A stretch of DNA of 32,000 bases from Okeania sp. (GTDB taxonomy: Bacteria > Cyanobacteriota > Cyanobacteriia > Cyanobacteriales > Microcoleaceae): NCBI RefSeq assembly GCF_035285525.1, contig NZ_JAYKGW010000006.1:28357-60356 (forward strand). The letters are read 5' to 3'. The notes beneath the pieces were generated by a model, which had not been told where the DNA came from, did no database searches, and saw nothing but the letters and a program-made list of their open reading frames with translations. A program made the position numbers and the translations under genes. Shown here piece by piece: positions 1-10,418 of this stretch (position 1 is its first letter; each line of letters begins with the position of its first letter).

Positions 1-2140
1 TAGTATGAGCATCGCTTATTTGAGTCGCGGTGATGGTCCGGTTAACGAAGCCGACGATCCTTACAAAGAATATAAAGACTACCCCGGTCAAGAGGGAACA
101 CCAAAATACTATGTAGATAATATGCTCATCTTTGATACAGATACAGAGATGAAGCAAGGTTTAATAGATTACGGTGCCCTATACACGACTATGGCGATTG
201 ACTACAGCAGTTTCTCCAAAGATAAGACAACCTATTACTTCTCTGGTGGTGAGCCAGATGGCTATCATGCAGTGGCAATTGTAGGTTGGGATGATAACAA
301 GGCGATACCTGGAGCATCAGAAGAGGGTGCGTGGCTTTGTAAAAATAGTTGGGGAGCAGATTGGGCTGACGATGGCTATTTTTGGATATCTTACCAAGAT
401 GTAGCGGGAGCAAATATAGGGATATCTTTCAATGATGCTACTGCTGCCAGCAATTTTAACAATATCTACTATCACGACGAATTTGGTCAAGTAAGTACAT
501 TCAACTCTCCCTATGCTCTCAATGCCTTTACTGCCAAAGAAAACGAAGCCTTAAGTGCAATTGGTTTTTACACTCAAGCTGATAGTGCTATATACAATAT
601 CAAAGTCTATGATGATTTTGACAACGGTAAACCTTCCCAACTGCTGGCAGAAACAAGGGGTAATGCGGCTTATGCTGGTTATCATACAGTTGATCTAAAT
701 AGCTTAGTTAATTTGACAGCAGGAGAAGACTTCTACATCTACCTTCAAATAGAAAATGGTGGAAACTATCCTCAAGCTATTGACCAAAAGAGTTATAATT
801 CCCCAGATAGCACTGCCAAAAAGGGTGAGAGCTATTATAGTAACGATGGTAAAACTTGGACAGATTTGACAACTTGGGATAGCACAGCAAATTTTTCCAT
901 TAAAGCTTTGACGACTGAGACTGTAAAGTCAGAGGACTTTATTACTGTTAACTCCCCAAATGGTGGTGATACCCTAGAACCAGGAAAAAGCTACAATATC
1001 ACTTGGAATGACAACATCAGTGAGGATGTTCTTATCTACTTGTACGAAAATAACGAGGATGATAGCATTATAACTTACTCAACTCCTAGTGATGGTAGTT
1101 ACGATTGGAAAGTACCGACAAACTTAGCTAGTGGTAGCACTTATAAAATTGCAATTCAGAGTTCAGTTAATGGTGAAATTTATGACTACAGTGATGACTT
1201 CTTTACTATTAAAGCAAGTGATTTTATTACAGTCAACTCGCCTAATGGTGGTAATACCTTAAAATCAGGAGAAAGTTACAATATTACTTGGAGTGACAAC
1301 ATCAGCGAGGATATTCGTATCTACTTGTACGAAAATAACGAGTATGATCGTATGATAACTGACTCAACTGCTAGTGATGGTAGCTACAACTGGAAAGTAC
1401 CGACAAACTTAGATAGTGGTAGCACTTATCAAATTGCGATACAGAGTGTAGTTAATGGAGAGATTTACGACTACAGTGACAACGCTTTCACGATTCAAGC
1501 AAATGATTTCATTACGGTTAACTCACCGAATGGAGGTAATACTCTAGAACCAGGAAAAAGCTACAACATCACTTGGAGTGACAACATCAGCGAGGATGTT
1601 CTTATTTACTTGTACGAAAATAACGAGTATGATAGCATTATAACTTACTCAACTTCTAGTAATGGAAGTTACAACTGGAAAGTACCGACCAACTTAGCTA
1701 GTGGTAGCACTTATAAAATTGCGATTCAGAGCGCGGTTAATGGTGATATTTACGACTTCAGTGACAACTTCTTTACTATTAAACCTGATGATTTAAATTC
1801 TAATAGATACTACTTTACCTACTCTTATAATGTAGATGATTCCTATAATGGTTACTTTTACGAAAAACCAGGAACCTACTCTTTAGGTGATGTCTTAGAC
1901 AGCGGTAGTGGTGTCTACGAGATATGGGATGTTGAAAGTGGTGTAGGTAATAAAAACGACATTGGCGATGTTTACGTTTATTCCTACAACGATACTAACT
2001 ATACTGGTGGTAATTACGAACCATTCTTCTGGACATGGGGATTACCAGCAGGTATAAATGGTTTAGGTAGTGAGTATGATCAAATATTAGGTTTCTTTGG
2101 TTATGACTATTTTGACCCCTATGATGAAGCTGATGGTTAA
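1..2140 (+). CDS. Papain-family (C1) cysteine peptidase, 5'-truncated by the window edge. It carries a lectin-like middle region, three 95-aa Ig-like repeats and a Tyr-rich C-terminal tail.
   Basis: The ORF is open to nt 2, so the N-terminus and the catalytic Cys region lie upstream of the window. HAVAIVGWDD (catalytic His) and CKNSWGADWADDGYFWISY (Asn/Trp) are papain-family motifs. These are followed by a ~165-aa beta-rich region, 3 x 95-aa repeats and a ~115-aa tail very rich in Tyr, Gly and Asp. Confidence 0.8.
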   Translation, partial: SMSIAYLSRGDGPVNEADDPYKEYKDYPGQEGTPKYYVDNMLIFDTDTEMKQGLIDYGALYTTMAIDYSSFSKDKTTYYFSGGEPDGYHAVAIVGWDDNKAIPGASEEGAWLCKNSWGADWADDGYFWISYQDVAGANIGISFNDATAASNFNNIYYHDEFGQVSTFNSPYALNAFTAKENEALSAIGFYTQADSAIYNIKVYDDFDNGKPSQLLAETRGNAAYAGYHTVDLNSLVNLTAGEDFYIYLQIENGGNYPQAIDQKSYNSPDSTAKKGESYYSNDGKTWTDLTTWDSTANFSIKALTTETVKSEDFITVNSPNGGDTLEPGKSYNITWNDNISEDVLIYLYENNEDDSIITYSTPSDGSYDWKVPTNLASGSTYKIAIQSSVNGEIYDYSDDFFTIKASDFITVNSPNGGNTLKSGESYNITWSDNISEDIRIYLYENNEYDRMITDSTASDGSYNWKVPTNLDSGSTYQIAIQSVVNGEIYDYSDNAFTIQANDFITVNSPNGGNTLEPGKSYNITWSDNISEDVLIYLYENNEYDSIITYSTSSNGSYNWKVPTNLASGSTYKIAIQSAVNGDIYDFSDNFFTIKPDDLNSNRYYFTYSYNVDDSYNGYFYEKPGTYSLGDVLDSGSGVYEIWDVESGVGNKNDIGDVYVYSYNDTNYTGGNYEPFFWTWGLPAGINGLGSEYDQILGFFGYDYFDPYDEADG
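935..1789 (+). repeat. Three in-frame tandem copies of a 285-bp unit (one 95-aa module each) inside the peptidase gene
   Basis: The units start at 935, 1220 and 1505, an exact 285-nt spacing. Each encodes DFITVNSPNGG..YNITW.DNISED..IYLYENNE...GSY.WKVPTNL.SGSTY.IAIQS.VNG.IYD.SD..FTI. The pattern resembles Kre9/KNH-type (GPI-anchored family) Ig-like domains. Copies 1 and 3 are the most similar. Confidence 0.9.
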
Positions 2141-2281
2141 ATTTAGAGATTGATTTGTCTGGTGCTACATTCAGAGCGACATTACTCTAATTTCACATCT
2201 AGGCATTTTTTCTGTCTATGATGGCAAAGTTCAAATAATCTTTTTCTGGGAGCGATCGCGCCAGCGGTGCGGAACATTACT

Positions 2282-2324
2282 GCTCCTCCGAAACGAACCA
2301 AGTTTGAGGAGCGACACTTTTTTT
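2282..2324 (+). terminator. Candidate intrinsic terminator downstream of the peptidase gene
   Basis: The stem is GCTCCTC(C)GAAAC / GTTTGAGGAGC, followed by GACAC and a run of 7 T. It lies 142 nt after the stop at 2140. The same hairpin is duplicated at 4422-4465. Confidence 0.45.
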
Positions 2325-2375
2325 CTAGGAGGAAAGGAGCCATAGTTAATTCCAACCAATCAAAACTATCTCTAA

Positions 2376-3242
2376 TTATCCATTATTTTCAGCAGTTTGT
2401 TGAACTTGTTCCACAGTTAAATCCAACCGTTGTGCTATTTCTTCAATAGTCAAGCCCAGTTCTAACAACATAGGAACTGTTAATAGTTTTCCCTCTTGTC
2501 TACCCTCTTGTCTACCCTCTTGTCTACCTTCTTCTCTGGCATAATTTATTTTCCCTCTCTCGTCTTGCAACATCATCCCTCGTCGATCAAATTCCTCTAA
2601 CTCTTCCGGGCTAAAATTAGCTCGATTAGCAATATATAAAGCACTTTCAATTTCTGGAACTTCTCCTAAAGGTTTTGGTACTATATCCAACCTAGCAGTT
2701 TCTTTCAGAAAATAAATCCACTTATCACTTAAAGTCTCTAATTCATCCAACTTTTTCTGAAACTTCGGCAACTCTAAAAATATTAGTTTCAGTTCTCCAT
2801 TTTTATAGACAAAATCTTTAGTTTCTTCTTTAAACACAAACTTATTAAGTGGGTCTTTAGTTTCATCAAACATATTAAAATCAGTAATTGTCACAGCTAT
2901 GACTGGATTTAGCAGAAAATAAAGTTCACCTTTTTCTAATTGATTAGCATAAGTTTTACAGAGATTATAAGCCACCCTTCTATCGAAAGCTTGCATCTTA
3001 GAAACTTGCATTTCAATAATCACTATTGAATCATCAGATAATGTAGCTTGAATATCTAAATAACTATCTTTTAAAGATTCTATTTGACTGGGATTATAGG
3101 GATTATTAATTGTTAAAGATTTGATGATATTTTCACCATCATAAATAATAGCATTGAGAAAACTAATAAGTATTTGTTGAGATTGATTAGAACCAAATAT
3201 TCTTTTAAAGGCATAATCAATTTTAGGACTGATAAATTTCAT
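2376..3242 (-). CDS. Rpn-family recombination-promoting nuclease / putative transposase (PD-(D/E)XK, PDDEXK_2-like)
   Basis: The 288-aa ORF has an N-terminal KIDYAFKRIFGS. The core SYLDIQA....VIIEMQV is typical of this nuclease-fold family. The C-terminus has EGRQ x3 followed by a short helical tail. Confidence 0.8.
   Translation of the reverse strand: MKFISPKIDYAFKRIFGSNQSQQILISFLNAIIYDGENIIKSLTINNPYNPSQIESLKDSYLDIQATLSDDSIVIIEMQVSKMQAFDRRVAYNLCKTYANQLEKGELYFLLNPVIAVTITDFNMFDETKDPLNKFVFKEETKDFVYKNGELKLIFLELPKFQKKLDELETLSDKWIYFLKETARLDIVPKPLGEVPEIESALYIANRANFSPEELEEFDRRGMMLQDERGKINYAREEGRQEGRQEGRQEGKLLTVPMLLELGLTIEEIAQRLDLTVEQVQQTAENNG
2491..2526 (-). repeat. Perfect 12-nt x3 tandem repeat encoding (EGRQ)3 in the Rpn gene
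   Basis: CCCTCTTGTCTA occurs at 2491, 2503 and 2515 on the + strand. Confidence 0.95.
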
Positions 3243-3391
3243 AATAGTAATAGTTAAAAGAGTTTGTGGTTGTATTGTAACAGAAAATTTCCAGGAATAA
3301 AAATTACGTTGACACTAAAAGAATTAAGAAAAAAATCTCAGAACTTATCGGTAAGCGATCGCTCTTTACTGTTCCCATTTTTTTAAAATCA

Positions 3392-3484
3392 TCAGGACTT
3401 ACGCAAAGGTACTATGTATAGAGTCAAAAAACTATTGCACAATAGTTTTGAACGCTACATATAGCTTCTCTCCGTAAGTCCTGA
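3392..3484. mobile_element. MITE-like palindromic element, family A (TIR TCAGGACTTACG), copy A1
   Basis: The left end is TCAGGACTTACGCAAAGG and the right end is CCGTAAGTCCTGA. It has a sub-terminal ACTAT(A/G)TATAG inverted pair and a central AACTATTGCACAATAGTT palindrome. It has the same structure as copies at 16609-16700 and 16741-16830. Confidence 0.7.
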
Positions 3485-4100
3485 TCATCCATCCCGAACA
3501 TTTCTATGACTTCCTCTGGTTCTAAATTTTGAAATTTGTACAAAATAACTGTTTTGACTAATTCTGCACTTTTTGCTTTTCAGTCCCTTGTGCTAGTTCT
3601 GTCGTTGCTTTGGCAGCTAACATTTTTGCCTGTTGTACTGCCAGGGCTTCATCTTCTACTATTAACTTGAGTATACCCAAACCCAAGTTATCATAAGCTT
3701 TCTCTCCCAAGTCTTCCAGATAAACTACTGTCACCTGACTACTATTTAATAGAGTTTGATACGGTTGAGTATCTTTTGGTTCAATATTGCGGTTAGCAAA
3801 TACCACTAACCCATACCAATATTTAGTTTCCTTGTATTGACGCAGATAGAGAAATATCTCGCCAAAAAATCGGCGATAAAATTTTTCATTCTTTTGCATT
3901 TGCACTGCACCGAAATGAATAGGAGTATCAGGAGACTGAGTCTTAGGAACTAATACACCATCCAAACGAAAACCTGTTTGTTTGATTTCCACCTAGCGAA
4001 ACTTGTAAGAGTTTGTTACAGTAGGAGATTGCCCTAAAAGTTGAAAGTAAACACCGGGCATCTCCAAAAATAATCTATAGAATATACTATCTGTTTTCAT
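3485..4100 (-). pseudogene. DUF2887 / Rpn-like gene disrupted by an in-frame amber codon, a frameshift and a MITE insertion
   Basis: The ATG at 4100 gives MKTDSIFYRLFLEMPGVYFQLLGQSPTVTNSYKFR, then TAG (3993-3995), then VEIKQTGFRLDGVL... to 3558. The expected continuation VKTVILYKFQNLEPEEVIEMFGMDD is present at 3485-3557 but in another frame. It is cut off by element A1. Confidence 0.7.
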
Positions 4101-4176
4101 TGCAAAATTTTGTTGTCATGTTGATAATTATATTATGGTGAATAGCTCTTGATAACAGTTTGAGGATTTGTTTAGA

Positions 4177-4367
<191 letters not shown>

Positions 4368-4516
4368 CAGTTATTGATTTTTAGGTCTCTTTAATTATCA
4401 ATTATCTATTGTTAAAGCGATCGCTCCTTCAAAACCAACCAAGTTTGAGGAGCGACGCTTTTTTTCTAGGAGGAAAGGAGCGATAGTTAATTCCAACCAA
4501 TCAACACTATCTCTAA

Positions 4517-4745
4517 TTATCCATTATTTTGAGCAGCTTGTTGAACTGGTTCCACAGTTAAATCCAACCGTTGTGCTATCTCTTCAATAGTCAATCCTAG
4601 TTCTAACAACATAGGAACTACTTGCAACTTAGTTAATAATGTTCCCTCTTCTCTACCTTATTCGTTAATAATCTTGCCTCTTGTCTACCTTCTTCTCTGC
4701 TTTCCTGCTTAATGTCGAGATTTTTTAAAATCATCGATTTTTAGT
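4517..4745 (-). pseudogene. Orphan 3' end of a second Rpn-type gene, duplicated from the 2376-2560 region
   Basis: 4425-4700 aligns with 2284-2560 at high identity, including the ~90-bp 3' flank and the hairpin. It encodes ..DIKQESREEGRQEARLLTNKVEKRE, then a frameshift, then GTLLTKLQVVPMLLELGLTIEEIAQRLDLTVEPVQQAAQNNG and a stop. No N-terminal nuclease part is present. Confidence 0.7.
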
Positions 4746-4819
4746 AGGAAGGAAGGTAGAAGTTTTTTTCCATTGCCACTTTTTCTGATATAGTAACAAT
4801 ACTACTAGACTTGATATGA

Positions 4820-5007
4820 TCAGGACTTACACGGGAGGCACTATATATAGAGTCTGGCTCAGTTACGAAATCGGCTTTTTTCTTTCCTGCGGAATGCTAC
4901 GCAAACCCTAGATGTCCGCAGCTTTTTATGTTACCTCAAGCGCTGTTAACGGAGTTATGCGCAGCGCCAAAACAAACCCTACCAATAGCGTTTATGGGTA
5001 AGTCCTA
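4820..5007. mobile_element. MITE family A copy A2 carrying a nested GC-richer module
   Basis: The ends are TCAGGACTTACACGGG and GGGTAAGTCCTAA. The interior contains CCTGCGGAATGCTACGC...CCTCAAGCGCTG...CCAATAGCGTT. That module is also seen, inverted, in the elements at 10419-10528 and 10558-10721. Confidence 0.65.
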
Positions 5008-5024
5008 ATTATCTGAAAAACCCC

Positions 5025-7424
5025 TTAAACAACCCTATAAACAAAATTCAAAGTAGCCCAGCTATTAATATCTAGAGTATAATCATCAGTTGATAACCCA
5101 CTAGATTGAATCGCTAATTTACTTGCACCCTGTAAATCTCGTAAAATTGCTTCTGCTACTGCTAAAGGATTCGATACTTCTTTAATTAGCAAGTCATCTC
5201 CAACCTGAGACAGTTGCTCATTAAGAGTTACAATTGTTTCCTCAAATGGTTGATAGCTACAGAAAATCAGGCTTTTTGCTAATCCTTCAGGACTTGTTAA
5301 TCGCCACCCAAAAGTTCCTGTCTCTCTAGGAGACTTGCTCATCACCGGAGGCATATTTATACTATCTCTTGGAGAAATAACTAGACCTGTTTGTGAAGGT
5401 CGAGCCTTATCGCCAACTTGATTAGATATTTTTGGATCGATAGCAAAAATACGCCCACTACTATCTAAAATTAATAACATAAAATAGACTGGGCGAGCGC
5501 CATCATTATATAATCGATATTGAATTTGACTACCAATAGGTAAAGTTAGTAATTCCTGAGAAACTCCAAAGTTACTTACATCTTCTAGATTAGTTGGAAA
5601 TTTTTCCCCATCGCTAATCCCCAAAGTTTCTCGGTGCATAATGATCTTTGGTTCTCTAGTAATACCTGGAGTAATAGTGACTAAGTTAGCTTTAACTTTA
5701 ATTTGAGTAGAGCTTTCATTCTTAGTTAAGCCTAATATCTTAGCTGCTAGCAAAGTTTTCAATGGAGAACTTAACCTTTGTGCTGCCACCTTAACCGCTT
5801 CTCCTCCTTCTCCTATACTATTAGGTATTAACATCTGACCTAAAGAAAATAGACCATAACGACCCTGATAAATAGACGATAGAGGAGCAGAAGAACTTTG
5901 AGTAATAGATGTTTCCCGAACTCGACTAAATACATAATCTGCTGACTGTGTATTTGCCACTACAGTAACTTGAGGTATTGCTGAAAAACCACTGGTAGCA
6001 TCTACCCGCTCAATTCTTGATAAATTAGAATCTAGAGCTATCATCAAATCCATAGGTTGAGGCAAAACTCTAATCTTTTCTCGCACCAGGGTTCCTGTCA
6101 AAAGTTCAGGACTCGCAATAAATCTTTCTGTTTGGTTATTGGTATTTTTATCGCTGCGTTTCAATGATTCTTGTGAACTATTAGCTTGAACAATGACAGA
6201 AGCTTTAGCATTTAAACCACTTCGACTCCGAATTTGTAATTTAAAGTTGAAGTTGGAATCGAAATTGGGTATAGTTGTGAATAGAGAATTAGAAGTAACC
6301 GTATCAAGAACATTAATTGGTAATCCTCCTAACCAGATGCTTGCTGCTTTGCCATTATCTTCTACTGAAGTGACTACACCACTAGCAGGTGGTAATACAG
6401 GACTCAAGATATTTTGAGAATTTATAGTTACTGGAGTTATAGCAGCTACTTTTGTAGATTGAGCAATTGTCTGTTGTTTTGCTTCTTTAAACTCTGGCTG
6501 CTGATTAGCTCCAGTTAATTTTTCTACAGAGCTAGCAGCTTGTGAAAAACTCATTTGTAGTCTAGTTGCAGGAGTTGTTGACCATAAATTTTGAGTCAGA
6601 GCATAAGTGAATAGACCTGAACTAAAACCGTTCCAATCAGTTTCAGTAGCAAATTGACTCTCTTGACTAGCATTCAAAATCACTCCTGGAAACTCCCTTT
6701 CATAACTTTCTTGTTCTCCTAGAAGATTTTGTTGATTCCGCAGTTCCATTTGCATTGCTTTCTCTTTAATATTAATTGGCTCTGTAGTCGAACTAGGTCG
6801 AGAGCGAATTCTTAAAACACCTTGCAAATTTCTACCAGGATATACATAGCTAGTATCTAAAATTGTTACTACTTTTCTTGTAGGTAGCGATCGCAATAAT
6901 AACCATAGAGTTTCTTCTAATACATCATTTCTTGGTCTACGGTTATTATTGGGAGGTGTGCCATCTATTGGTACTAGACTATTTTGAAATGATGTTAAAT
7001 TTGAGGTAATTAATTCATTATGTTCATCCTCATCAATCATTTTACTTACACGACTACCATAGCCACTAAAGTGAAATAAAACCAAATCATCTGGTTTAGC
7101 CTGATTAGTTAAATGATTAATAAAAGCTGTTTCTATATTTTCCCTTGTAGCTTGTTTATTTGTGAGAGTGAAAATATCAGCAGGTAAAAAACCAAACCGA
7201 TTAACTAACAATTCTTTCTGCATCTCCACATCTGTAACACACCCAGATAGAGGTTGATCTGGATATTCATTAATACCTACTAAAAATGCTAATTTACCTC
7301 CTGTAGTTTCAGCTAAAGCTTCCAAGTAACGACTTTGGAGACGCCACCATCCTGCTTCATTTATTCCTAATGCTCCCAGGGCTAAGCTAGCCCTTTGTAA
7401 AAATTCCCGCCGCTTTAATCCCAT
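5025..7424 (-). CDS. Caspase-fold (peptidase C14, orthocaspase-like) protein with a twin-arginine signal, a substituted catalytic dyad (pseudo-orthocaspase) and a DUF4384-like C-terminal region
   Basis: The 799-aa ORF has an N-terminal MGLKRREFLQRASLALGAL (Tat-type RR motif). The p20-like region reads FLVGINEYP..L.GCVTDV....LFHFSGYGS, with Tyr122 where the catalytic His sits. VVTILDTSYVYPG has Ser192 where the Cys sits. The C-terminus reads YRLYNDGARPVYFMLLILDSSGRIFAI. Confidence 0.8.
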   Translation of the reverse strand: MGLKRREFLQRASLALGALGINEAGWWRLQSRYLEALAETTGGKLAFLVGINEYPDQPLSGCVTDVEMQKELLVNRFGFLPADIFTLTNKQATRENIETAFINHLTNQAKPDDLVLFHFSGYGSRVSKMIDEDEHNELITSNLTSFQNSLVPIDGTPPNNNRRPRNDVLEETLWLLLRSLPTRKVVTILDTSYVYPGRNLQGVLRIRSRPSSTTEPINIKEKAMQMELRNQQNLLGEQESYEREFPGVILNASQESQFATETDWNGFSSGLFTYALTQNLWSTTPATRLQMSFSQAASSVEKLTGANQQPEFKEAKQQTIAQSTKVAAITPVTINSQNILSPVLPPASGVVTSVEDNGKAASIWLGGLPINVLDTVTSNSLFTTIPNFDSNFNFKLQIRSRSGLNAKASVIVQANSSQESLKRSDKNTNNQTERFIASPELLTGTLVREKIRVLPQPMDLMIALDSNLSRIERVDATSGFSAIPQVTVVANTQSADYVFSRVRETSITQSSSAPLSSIYQGRYGLFSLGQMLIPNSIGEGGEAVKVAAQRLSSPLKTLLAAKILGLTKNESSTQIKVKANLVTITPGITREPKIIMHRETLGISDGEKFPTNLEDVSNFGVSQELLTLPIGSQIQYRLYNDGARPVYFMLLILDSSGRIFAIDPKISNQVGDKARPSQTGLVISPRDSINMPPVMSKSPRETGTFGWRLTSPEGLAKSLIFCSYQPFEETIVTLNEQLSQVGDDLLIKEVSNPLAVAEAILRDLQGASKLAIQSSGLSTDDYTLDINSWATLNFVYRVV

Positions 7425-7759
7425 GCTTCTCCCTTAATTTCCTACCTTTTACTAAGTCAAGTAAGAACTATATGTAACTATATTGCTAATTTGCTGTATA
7501 ATTGACGCACTCTATCATTAATCAACCAGGACAATCGTGGTAAATTTTAAACACTCACGAGTTTAGCTTCCTGTATATTTCTGGCGAGCTGTTTAACCAG
7601 CGAGCCATTTCCAACAGCTCTCAGAGATAACTTAATACTTAAGGCAAAATGCCCGTTTCAGTCTCTCGTTCAAGTCACTGTTTCTCTAGGGACTTATAAT
7701 ATATCAATTGAGCCAATTTTATAAGATAATCATGGCAATATTTAAAAGTTAATTTATCA

Positions 7760-7963
7760 TCAGGACTTACCCAAAGAAAACCAGTTTCTAGGGTAATATA
7801 AAATCCGGTTGAATACTTATTATATAGTTGGGGTGATGGGGTGATTGAAGTGTAGATAGAATTATCAACATATACTATATAACCGGATTCTATATAAATC
7901 ATTGTTTTTGACAATAAACATCTATAATAAACCGGGTTTCTGGGTTTCCCTGCTTAAGTCCTG
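7760..7963. mobile_element. MITE family A copy A3, hosting a nested family C element
   Basis: The ends are TCAGGACTTACCCAAAG and CTGCTTAAGTCCTG. The interior 7796-7896 is a separate element also found at 30301-30684. Confidence 0.6.
7796..7896. mobile_element. MITE family C copy C1 (TIR TATAAAATCCGGTTGAATA / TATAACCGGATTCTATATA), nested in A3
   Basis: This is the uninterrupted version of the element that is split by an insertion at 30326-30595. The two share the core GGGGTGATGGGGTGATTGAAGTGTAGATAGAATTAT. Confidence 0.65.
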
Positions 7964-8039
7964 TGTCATGTTAAAGTAATAGATTAATTTCACTTTCTAA
8001 CTGGTTTTATACTAAAATTAGAATTTATAGTCTTAACTT

Positions 8040-8100
8040 TTAGAGGCGGATTAAAAGCTTACCTTTGGATCAGTCTATAGCTTTAATAACCCGCCTCTAA
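8040..8100. repeat. 10-bp inverted repeat TTAGAGGCGG / CCGCCTCTAA with a 41-nt spacer
   Basis: This was read directly from the sequence at 8040-8049 and 8091-8100. Its function is unknown. Confidence 0.5.
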
Positions 8101-8362
8101 TTATCTATGCCTAATCAGGAACTCCTAAAACCCTTGTGAGACGAACCCCTAGTCCCTCCCAGGATTCAAAAGGGGATCTCTTAGCAGGGGAGAAGGGATA
8201 AACAATCATACTAGCTAAATAAAAATACTTAAATAATCCCAGAAAAATGTATGAAAAAATACATTTTTTTTCCAAAAGAGCCGAACCAAAACTTACACAT
8301 AACTTGCCATTAATGCCCAAGTTTGATATTAAGAAAGATGTTTATAAAGCATAGCTCTAATT

Positions 8363-8624
8363 AGGGCTGGCTTAATTATTTATGAAAGCCTTTACAGATA
8401 GACTTTTTAGCATTTTTAGGTAGATAAAAAGTACCAGCTTTTCAGTCTGGAAAGCTAAAAAGTCTAGGATTTTATGCTATAATTAGTCAGTTTTTCGGGA
8501 ACCGTAAATCAAGGGATAATTCCATAGGACTACCTTTTCTGTAATTCCCCTGACTCCTGGATTGCCAGATTGCTGGATTCTGGCTTCTCCCTGCTACTAA
8601 AAGACTGAAGAAGCGCAAACCCTA
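8363..8624. mobile_element. Non-coding dispersed element family D, copy D1 (~262 bp)
   Basis: The ends are AGGGCTGGCTTAATTATT and GAAGAAGCGCAAACCCTA. It matches 12713-12986 in inverted orientation over its whole length. It shares the TTTTTAGGTAG..AAAAGTAC, GGGATAATTC and CTACTAAAAGACT blocks with 30326-30595. Confidence 0.7.
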
Positions 8625-8669
8625 ACTATTTATGCCCTAACTTTGAGGACTGTACTAGAAAAATTTCTG

Positions 8670-9848
8670 TTAGCTCTCCTCAGATATTTTCATTGCTTTA
8701 GCTAATTCTGCTGCTACCTCTGGTCTGGAAAATTCTGGTGGTGGTAACTCACCCCGACGTAACATTTCTCGTACTTTTGTCCCTGATAAATGAATTCGTT
8801 CTTCTTTTGTACTGGGACTTGTTTTACTTGTGGCCATACCTTTAGTACGAGTACAATAGAAAGCGTGTTCAAATTTCATCGGAACAATACCTAGCTCTCC
8901 AGGTTCAAACTTATCGAAGATATGTTGAGCATCATAAGTTCCATAATAATCCCCTACTCCAGCATGGTCTCGACCAACAATAAAGTGGGTACAACCATAG
9001 TTTTTCCGAATTAAAGCATGAAAAATTGCTTCTCGTGGGCCAGCATAACGCATAGCCGACGGATTAATGGCCATCATTACCCGATTTTGAGGAAAATATT
9101 TTTCTAACATAATCTCGTAACAACGCATCCTGACATCAGCAGGAATGTCATCTGATTTAGTAGCACCGACTAAAGGATGTAGAAATAGAGCATCTACTAT
9201 TTCTAAAGCACATTTTTGAATATATTCGTGGGCGCGGTGGATGGGGTTACGGGTTTGGAAACCAACTATTGTTTTCCAACCATTTTCCTGAAAAATCTTT
9301 CTGGACTCGGCTGGATCAATTTGATATTTGGGAAATAATGGGTGAGGATGACGTTCTAATAACCAAACTGGACCTGCCAAGTTCACTAGGCCAGAATCAT
9401 AGATAACTTTCACTCCTGGATGTTTTTCTTCATCTGTACCATAAACGTTAGTTGCCTCGTGAACTTTGTCATAAGTAAACTTTTGAGTTAATTCTAAAAC
9501 TCCTGCAAATTCTCCAGAAGGAGAATCTAGACGCACCAAACTTCCTTCTGTTAATAAATCTGCTACTTCTTCTGAGACTGATAATGTTATGGGTACACTC
9601 CAAGGTAGTCCATTTTTCAGACGCATATCAACGACTACACTTTTATAGTCATCTTCTTCCATAAAGCCATTTAGAGGGCTAAAGCCTCCTATAGCTATCA
9701 TTTCTAAGTCTGAAAGTGCCCGTTTGTCTAATTGTATTTTTGGCAAGCTTTCAGCTTTTTCCATAAGTTCTTGTCGTTTTTCTGGTGTAACAATCCGATT
9801 AATTAGTTGGCCACCATGGGCTGGTATAAGATTTGGATACTGAGTCAA
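8670..9848 (-). CDS. sat: Sulfate adenylyltransferase (ATP sulfurylase)
   Basis: The 392-aa ORF carries the [11 protein letters not shown] and GRDHAGVG signature motifs. Its full length is typical of the homo-oligomeric Sat type. Confidence 0.93.
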   Translation of the reverse strand: MTQYPNLIPAHGGQLINRIVTPEKRQELMEKAESLPKIQLDKRALSDLEMIAIGGFSPLNGFMEEDDYKSVVVDMRLKNGLPWSVPITLSVSEEVADLLTEGSLVRLDSPSGEFAGVLELTQKFTYDKVHEATNVYGTDEEKHPGVKVIYDSGLVNLAGPVWLLERHPHPLFPKYQIDPAESRKIFQENGWKTIVGFQTRNPIHRAHEYIQKCALEIVDALFLHPLVGATKSDDIPADVRMRCYEIMLEKYFPQNRVMMAINPSAMRYAGPREAIFHALIRKNYGCTHFIVGRDHAGVGDYYGTYDAQHIFDKFEPGELGIVPMKFEHAFYCTRTKGMATSKTSPSTKEERIHLSGTKVREMLRRGELPPPEFSRPEVAAELAKAMKISEES

Positions 9849-10418
9849 AGTAATTCCTCTCTATTATTAACAACTTATTAGTTGAGAAAGATTAAGTTCT
9901 AATATTTATTCTACATCTTTGAGGGAGCTACAAGGTATACATAAGTGGGGTTTACTGAAAAAAAATCATAGTGTGGGGAGTGTGGGTAATATGGGAAGAC
10001 AGAGAAAGTCGGAGGAATAATTTTTTCGGAGGTAGTCTTGCATAGTAATGGTGAAAATATATAGGTTTTCTAATTTCTTCCCCAACTCTTCATACCTCTG
10101 ACAGTTCATATCATTACTATGCACCACTAGCTTTTCTTGATATTTCTGTGGTTGTCTACTCGAAATCCTAATTTTTTTTGGTCACTCAAGCTGATCTGTT
10201 TTTCATTCACATTTTTGAGATTAAGCCAGCAAATCTTAATTTTGGGAAATGGAGTTTCTGTATAATATTTTGTTCGTGTAATACAGAATGTTATAGTTAT
10301 TGATTGCACGTTAGGGATGAAACAACTGATTAATCATCATCCCCGGTGCAAAATGCTTTTCTGATACCAACTCACTTTAAAGATGTCACAAATAAATAGT
10401 TTCCCGGTTTAAATCTGA

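Noticed and set aside
7675-7914. 79-aa ORF on the - strand
   Set aside because: Most of it is made of the nested MITE sequences A3 and C1.
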